Positions 58,006 to 64,000 of a stretch of 64,000 nucleotides of DNA are shown piece by piece. The DNA lies in the NCBI GenBank assembly GCA_964016885.1, contig OZ024747.1, positions 55,428,001 through 55,492,000 of the forward strand, read 5' to 3'. The notes beneath the pieces were generated by a model that was given only the letters and a program-made list of their open reading frames with translations, was not told where the DNA came from and searched no databases. Source of the DNA: Eledone cirrhosa. Taxonomy: Eukaryota. A program made the translations under genes and the position numbers. Position 1 is the first letter of the stretch. Every line of letters starts with the position of its first letter.

Positions 58006-58343
58006 TAATAATAATAATAATAATAAGCTGTAAATTATAATCAATGTGGTGTGTTAACTGGCATACCAATGTATACAGTGGGTTTATTTACCCTAGATGT
58101 CAGGAAGACACTCAGCATATAACAGAAACTATACTGAAGGTAAAGGGAAAAACAATGAAAATATAATAATGATAATGGTAATAATAGTGGAGGTGGGTGA
58201 AATTTAAACAAAATAAAGAAAGAGTAATGAAATTTTCTTATCGAATATTAGAGTTTGTTCAAAGCTTCTAATTATTTTTCAACAACCATCAAACATACCA
58301 TTTACCCTCTTTAATTTCTTTTTTATGTGTATATATACACATA

Positions 58344-58413
<70 letters not shown>

Positions 58414-58443
58414 ATTTCTTTTTTATGTGTATATATACACATA

Positions 58444-58519
<76 letters not shown>

Positions 58520-60654
58520 CATATAAACCTGTGTCAGTACAGACTATTTAATGTATGCCTATTTGTTTTTGTTATGTTTTCTTTTATTTTGTTTTTGTCA
58601 TATATATTTATTTTAAGTGTCATATTAAAAGATCATCCTCCTCCTGAACTATTAAACTGAAATCTCCATTTCACCCTTCTTCCGCTCCCATAAACTACAC
58701 ATATCTCACCATTAAATGTTATCTCATCTCAATGTCATTTACCTTACTCGCCTTCTTCCTCCATTTCTTTTCTTAATGCTTTCATTGTAAACTCTTTAAG
58801 AACTTAATCCATTAACTTTTTAGCAATGTACTTCTTCCCTTCACCCTTCACCAAAGTGGTGTGCATAAAATTTCATTTTCATTATCTTGTATTTATCACT
58901 GGATAACATTAGATTTGTTATTGCCTTTGACGATCAAATCATTGAAAAATATATATACACGTTATGTTAGTGTGCATGTGCGTAAGTATATGTGTACATG
59001 TTGCTGTTTTATTTAGTGGACACATTTCAATGTTAACTAGGATGTTTTCGCATAATATAATTTAGTTGTTATTAAGTCGAACCTCTAAATTTATAATAGC
59101 TACTACATCGTTATTTTCAAATTACTTTTCTGAAACTTCTTCTTTTAAAATGGCAGTTTAAAGAAATTATTTTGCTTTCTCGTCTTCTTTCCATTTTACT
59201 TTAATTTTCAGCACTTCGTGTTGTTTTTATTTCTTTATTAACGGGAGGAGGTGTTGATTCATTTCTCAATTGATTGCATCTTCACTGCTTTAGAGCTCCG
59301 AAATTTCTTTACATTTCTTCGATGGGAAAAATATGTAAGCTTCTCCATAATGTTAAGTCAATGACTTGCTTTTTGTAAATTACATTTAAAGCTAATTTGA
59401 TTTATTCCGAAGCATAATATCCTTAATAAAAATACAATCTTCGAAGAATCTCATTTATTTCTCTGTGATACCTCACCACAAAGATTGCCAGCCTGCATTT
59501 ACAGAACCCTAGAATACAGGAAGTCATCAAAGAGAAAACTGTGAGCTTAGTTCAAAATGTCTTCAAAAATATAATATACACACTCACTAATGGGTATCCA
59601 TTATTCCCTAGCTATTAACATCTTTGTCTTTTTTTTTTAATCCTCGTTGTATATTAATCCAAGAGCTGTATAATTTCAACATGGAGTCCATGGAAAAATT
59701 CATATAAATAAAAGATTTTGATTGAGAAAAGTTTGAGAACGTTTTACTTATATTAATGGACAAGATCTATAATCTAATTTTCAGATTTCCGTTGTAATTA
59801 TATATACTATCTGCTGCTTACATGTGAGTATTGTAGACCATACTTCGACACTTACTAAGACAAAATAATGATACAAGTTTAAATTTATATACATGTTGAA
59901 AACTCAAAATAGATATCGTTTGTGAAATAGCAAAACGTAAAACGCTATTTATATATAGTCTTTCAATCACACATCATCTAGTTGATAGTGTTTTTAATAA
60001 TCAGTGAATGGAACTTTAATACTAACTAACATACATTCAATAGGTAGAGAGAAATGACACAATACTTGATACATTAGATTACCAGCACTGTACTTAATAC
60101 TAGCTAACATACTATCATTAAGTAGACACAATTAATATAATCTTTCAATATGGCACTGCGATTAAAGCCGTCTTTCAAACTTCCGGTGAGAAGCACTCTG
60201 TGGTCAATGTAATCGACTAAACCCTTCCTGCTAATATATATATATATAATTACACTCACACACAGACATATATACACATGAATCAGTATCATCTTAGCTC
60301 ATCTATGTGAAATATTAATCACTGAACAGAGACACCATCTTCATATATTTTAAGTAACGATTATGTTGTAAACAATGGAGATAATACGAATAGATTTTGG
60401 TTTCATCTACCATTATGTCACATGAAATATATAAATACACAATAGCTTTACTGAATTGAGACATTCAAATGTGACAAGTTAGGGCCCCAACTTTAGTGTT
60501 TTAACCGACATTATGGATGAGAAGATAGTATTGCCATTTGTGCTAGAAACATCTTTTAAACTCATTCTCCCTTGTATACAACTATATACATCAGGTCCCA
60601 ACACTAGAGAACCAAATGCATATTTTCACTACCTCCGTCTCTCCATCTCTCACT

Positions 60655-60832
60655 ATTGTGAGCAAATGGGGCCCCACGCACTGGCTGCTTAACAGCCTTG
60701 GCAGATAGAATAGAGAAGGCGTTTCCCGGAGGATGGTGATGGAGACGCGCTGGAAGACATTCTCCAGCTCACGAGGCTCCCAACTGTGGGTAGCCAACAC
60801 TGTGCCAATGTTGGTTAGTAGAGAGGTGGCCC
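60655..60832 (-). pseudogene. Second CRE-like remnant
   Basis: ggagacgcgctggaagacattctccagctcacgaggctcccaactgtgggtagc aligns with 49360-49415. Confidence 0.6.
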
Positions 60833-60984
60833 TCTTTCAGATTAATAGTTATTTTATCGATCTCAGCTTCACGAATAGCTAGGTTGTTATTATTTACATA
60901 AATTGTCACAGTTAAGTATATTAGTTTACACCAATATTTTTATATTTTTAAACTGAACATAGAAGGGGACACAGAAAGACGCAC

Positions 60985-61028
<44 letters not shown>

Positions 61029-61069
61029 GATATTAACAAATGGAAACTATATTTATAAAACCATATTTA

Positions 61070-61130
61070 TTTCATTATACATATTTCAAGGATACCAAGT
61101 TAAATTATGGTATGCCTTCATCAGACAAAA
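61070..61130 (-). ncRNA. Type-I hammerhead motif, distal copy
   Basis: ttttgt-CTGATGA-aggcatacca...tggtatcctt-GAAA-tatgta-TA-atgaaa. Confidence 0.7.
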
Positions 61131-61485
61131 TACAATATATACCAGTTTTATAAATAAACATTGACGTACCTTTCAAAATGGAACCATTACTTTTGGAAGA
61201 CATCAGGATAGTGGTTTGTTTATTTTAGTAAGTCGTTGTGTTAAGGAGAAGTAAAATATATAAATAATGCCTGCATATATATAATATACAATTTATATAT
61301 ATGTGTGTGCATGGAGTCATGTTTATCTCTCTCTCAATATATATATATATATATGGAAAGTTATATTTAAATTGTTGGGTTACAACGAGTAAATATTTAT
61401 AACTGATATAAAAGCACTCAACAAGTATTTGGAGTATATTTACGATATTAAATAAATGGAAACTATATTTATAAAACCATATTTA

Positions 61486-61547
61486 TTTCATTATATATAT
61501 TTCAGGGATATCATATTAACAATATGTTATGCCTTCTTCAGACAAAA
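61486..61547 (-). ncRNA. Type-I hammerhead motif, proximal copy
   Basis: ttttgt-CTGAAGA-aggcataacatatt-gtt-aatatgatatccct-GAAA-tatata-TA-atgaaa; lies within ~150-bp direct repeats 61026-61176 / 61441-61595. Confidence 0.72.
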
Positions 61548-62871
61548 TACAATATAGACAGTTTTATAAATAAATAGATTTGACATACCTTTCAACATCG
61601 ACTTGCATTTGAAAAGTTGATTTGGCAGTGAAAATTGTAAACAGAAAGAAAGAAAGAAAGAAGGAAAGAAAGAAAGAAAACGAAGAAAAAGAAGAAATGC
61701 ATGCAACTAAATAGAGAGATGGAAAGATAGATAAAGAGAAGAACTTCATGTAAAGAAATAGAGAGAGATATATATATAGAGAGAGGAAATAGATAGAGAT
61801 AGATATATATAGAGAAAAGTAGGTAGTTGAACATCCGTTGAATGACGTATCAATGATACATTTATTTATTTATTTATTTATGTAGCACTAGTATTAATGT
61901 AAGGGAGATATATGTGGTTAGGAGAGAAACCAGCCGTTATATAGAGAGAAAAAAATGAAAAGTAACCAGACATAGGCGAGGCAGAATTTAAAAACCCTAT
62001 GTTTCAATGTAGAAATATTAGTTCGTATAAAAACAGGCACTATAATGTAAATATCGGTATTCATGAATGAGACACGTATCTATAATGTGTGAAAAGTAAT
62101 GATCTTATGTCTAGTTTTAAAAATTCATATGTTTATATGATAACTACAAACATCGATGTGAATTTACGTGATCAGCTCTGCAAACTCCTATTTCACACGG
62201 AGAACATTCTCATTGTGCTATAAAAATTTAAGTATACATATATGTGTATATATACACTTATATATATAGAGTCTATATTAATTTTAACAATACTATTCTT
62301 GTCTTTACTCTACATGATTATCTATCAAGCAGAAATAGAGAACAGATTTCAATATATTAATAAAAATATCAGAAACAAAAACAAAAAATAATAATAAATA
62401 AATAAAACAGAAAACTAAAAAATATTAAATATTAAAAATAAAAATATTAAAAATATTAAAAAATATTAAAATAATAAAATAATAAAAATAAAAATAAAAA
62501 TAAAAACATAGTATGCCACGCAAATCGACCACAAAGATCAACCCTTCAAAATTAATTGACAATATATTGCCAAGTTCATTATAAGCATCAGAGTCGAAAA
62601 CAGATAAAACCAAAAATTATTTACCAAATCCTGTCTAGCAGAAATCATTTGAAAAGTTTAGGATACCCATTTGGTCTACATATGTTCTTATATTTAATAT
62701 AGAAGTTTATCTAGTGTAACATTTATTCGATATATTTGGAGCATCAACTTTTAGGGTAGTTTAATTTTTCATGAAGAATGTTTAAAATAAAAATAAAAAG
62801 AAGAATAAAAAGAAGAAATCGAAAGATTTATCGGCTAGTTTCATAAATAATGACAAATCAACCTAAATATA

Positions 62872-63882
62872 CTACATTTTAAATTTAAATTTATATTTAA
62901 AAGTTGAGTTCAATCTATGTTTGCAGCAACTGAATAATTTTGTCCGTAGATTAAGGGAATTTTTAGATTTTAGTATAAAGAATATCTCCTCCGCGCAGAG
63001 GTCACATGTCTCAGAGGATGAATTAAAAGGAATCCCTCTTGAGACGATACTCCAAGCCGTCGAATATCTAACGTTATCATGCCTAAGTTGCCAGAGTACG
63101 CCTGATAGTGCTGTTGAAGATTTTTTGCTTGGATCTGTGAAAGAATTCTTGTGGTTATTATAGCGAAGTTTAAATTCCGTCGATGTGGAACCAACGTAGT
63201 TAAAAGAATTAAAGTCCGTTTTAACATTACAGTTGTATATTATATTTTTAACTAAGCAGTTGTTATTTAACGGACATTTAGATCTATCTCTACAGTTACA
63301 TTTGTTAACTTGTATATTATTTATGCTATTATCGCTAGGTTTTAAGTTCCTATTATTTATTCTATTAATATTTTGTGCTAAATTTTTGGTGGATGAGTAG
63401 GTTAATTTTATAGTATGTCTATTGAAAATTGAGTGATACCTATGTGTTCTAGGGAAGCGATTATCAAGAGCTTTAAAAAATAGTTTAGCGATGTGGGTTT
63501 TAATGTTTAGTGAGAAGGGGGGGGGGGCAAACCATATTATGTTCCTAGGTCTATTTCTTTTTTGGCTTTTGGAATTATTGTAATGCTTTCTATTATAGTT
63601 GTTAATGTTGTGGCCGTAATTAAAATAGTTGTTATTTTGTTTAGTTTGTCTATCATTATCTATGTACATAATTTTATCATTATATCCTGCTCTAGCTAAC
63701 GCTTCATTGTAGTACTGGGCTTTTTCGTCGAAAATCTTTCTATTAGACGAGATTCTAGAGATACGTTTTTGAACAGAGTTTACTATAGTATTTTTAACAG
63801 ATCTGGGGTGGTTAGAGTTAAAGCTGACATAGTTTAAGTTTTCATTCAACTTGTGAAATGGATAGTGAAGACATGTGTTGAG
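62872..63882 (-). CDS. PLE RT thumb + linker + GIY-YIG endonuclease (Naiad-like), 5'-truncated
   Basis: YPFHKLNENLNYVSFNSNHP...RISRISSN...YNEALARAGY...IIWFAPP.FS..I...CNCRDRSKCPLNNNC..NIIY...YVGST..FKLRYNNHKNSF...CDLC..E...CCKH; the first 12 aa of the listed ORF come from the inverted arm. Confidence 0.92.
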   Translation of the reverse strand, partial: LNTCLHYPFHKLNENLNYVSFNSNHPRSVKNTIVNSVQKRISRISSNRKIFDEKAQYYNEALARAGYNDKIMYIDNDRQTKQNNNYFNYGHNINNYNRKHYNNSKSQKRNRPRNIIWFAPPPFSLNIKTHIAKLFFKALDNRFPRTHRYHSIFNRHTIKLTYSSTKNLAQNINRINNRNLKPSDNSINNIQVNKCNCRDRSKCPLNNNCLVKNIIYNCNVKTDFNSFNYVGSTSTEFKLRYNNHKNSFTDPSKKSSTALSGVLWQLRHDNVRYSTAWSIVSRGIPFNSSSETCDLCAEEIFFILKSKNSLNLRTKLFSCCKHRLNSTFKYKFKFKM

Positions 63883-64000
63883 CTGATGCTTATAATGAAC
63901 TTGGCAATATATTGTCAATTAATTTTGAAGGGTTGATCTTTGTGGTCGATTTGCGTGGCATACTATGTTTTTATTTTTATTTTTATTTTTATTATTTTAT

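Larger units (their letters stand above)
61026..64000 (-). mobile_element. Second 5'-truncated Penelope-like element: ORF, 1.85-kb 3' region with two HHR repeats, and an inverted arm from 63883 running off the window
   Basis: 63883-64000 is the reverse complement of 62474-62591; the 3' end abuts (TA)n at 60985-61026. Confidence 0.85.

Noticed and set aside
58560-60100. Microsatellite-poor AT-rich block, possibly a decayed DNA transposon or host exon
   Set aside because: No sustained ORF, termini or splice pattern could be supported

Overview
This is a repeat-saturated animal genome window. It is AT-rich and dense in (TA)n, (CA)n and trinucleotide microsatellites. The SINE and LINE content resembles a cephalopod such as an octopus, which is an inference only. 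No host-gene exon could be identified, and nearly all ORFs in the track are microsatellite artefacts. Real coding remnants come from transposons: two 5'-truncated Penelope-like elements (PLEs; GIY-YIG with a CxCx5Cx5C linker, Naiad-like), an open 2.1-kb RTE reverse transcriptase, a CR1-group 3' end, and decayed L1/Tx1, R4/Dong, CRE and RTE pieces. There are also many tRNA-derived SINEs and a hAT-like non-autonomous element. The main hidden signal is a dense and diverse set of type-I hammerhead ribozyme (HHR) motifs, read by eye at about 10 loci. They include U3-A8 core variants, tandem pairs and one with a very long stem II. They sit in PLE 3' ends, in small non-coding islands between (TA)n tracts, and in asymmetric fold-back palindromes with arms from 60 bp to 3.1 kb. 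Together these suggest a PLE-driven, (TA)n-targeted system of ribozyme-bearing mini-retroelements. Coordinates of decayed repeats are approximate and all alignments were done by eye.
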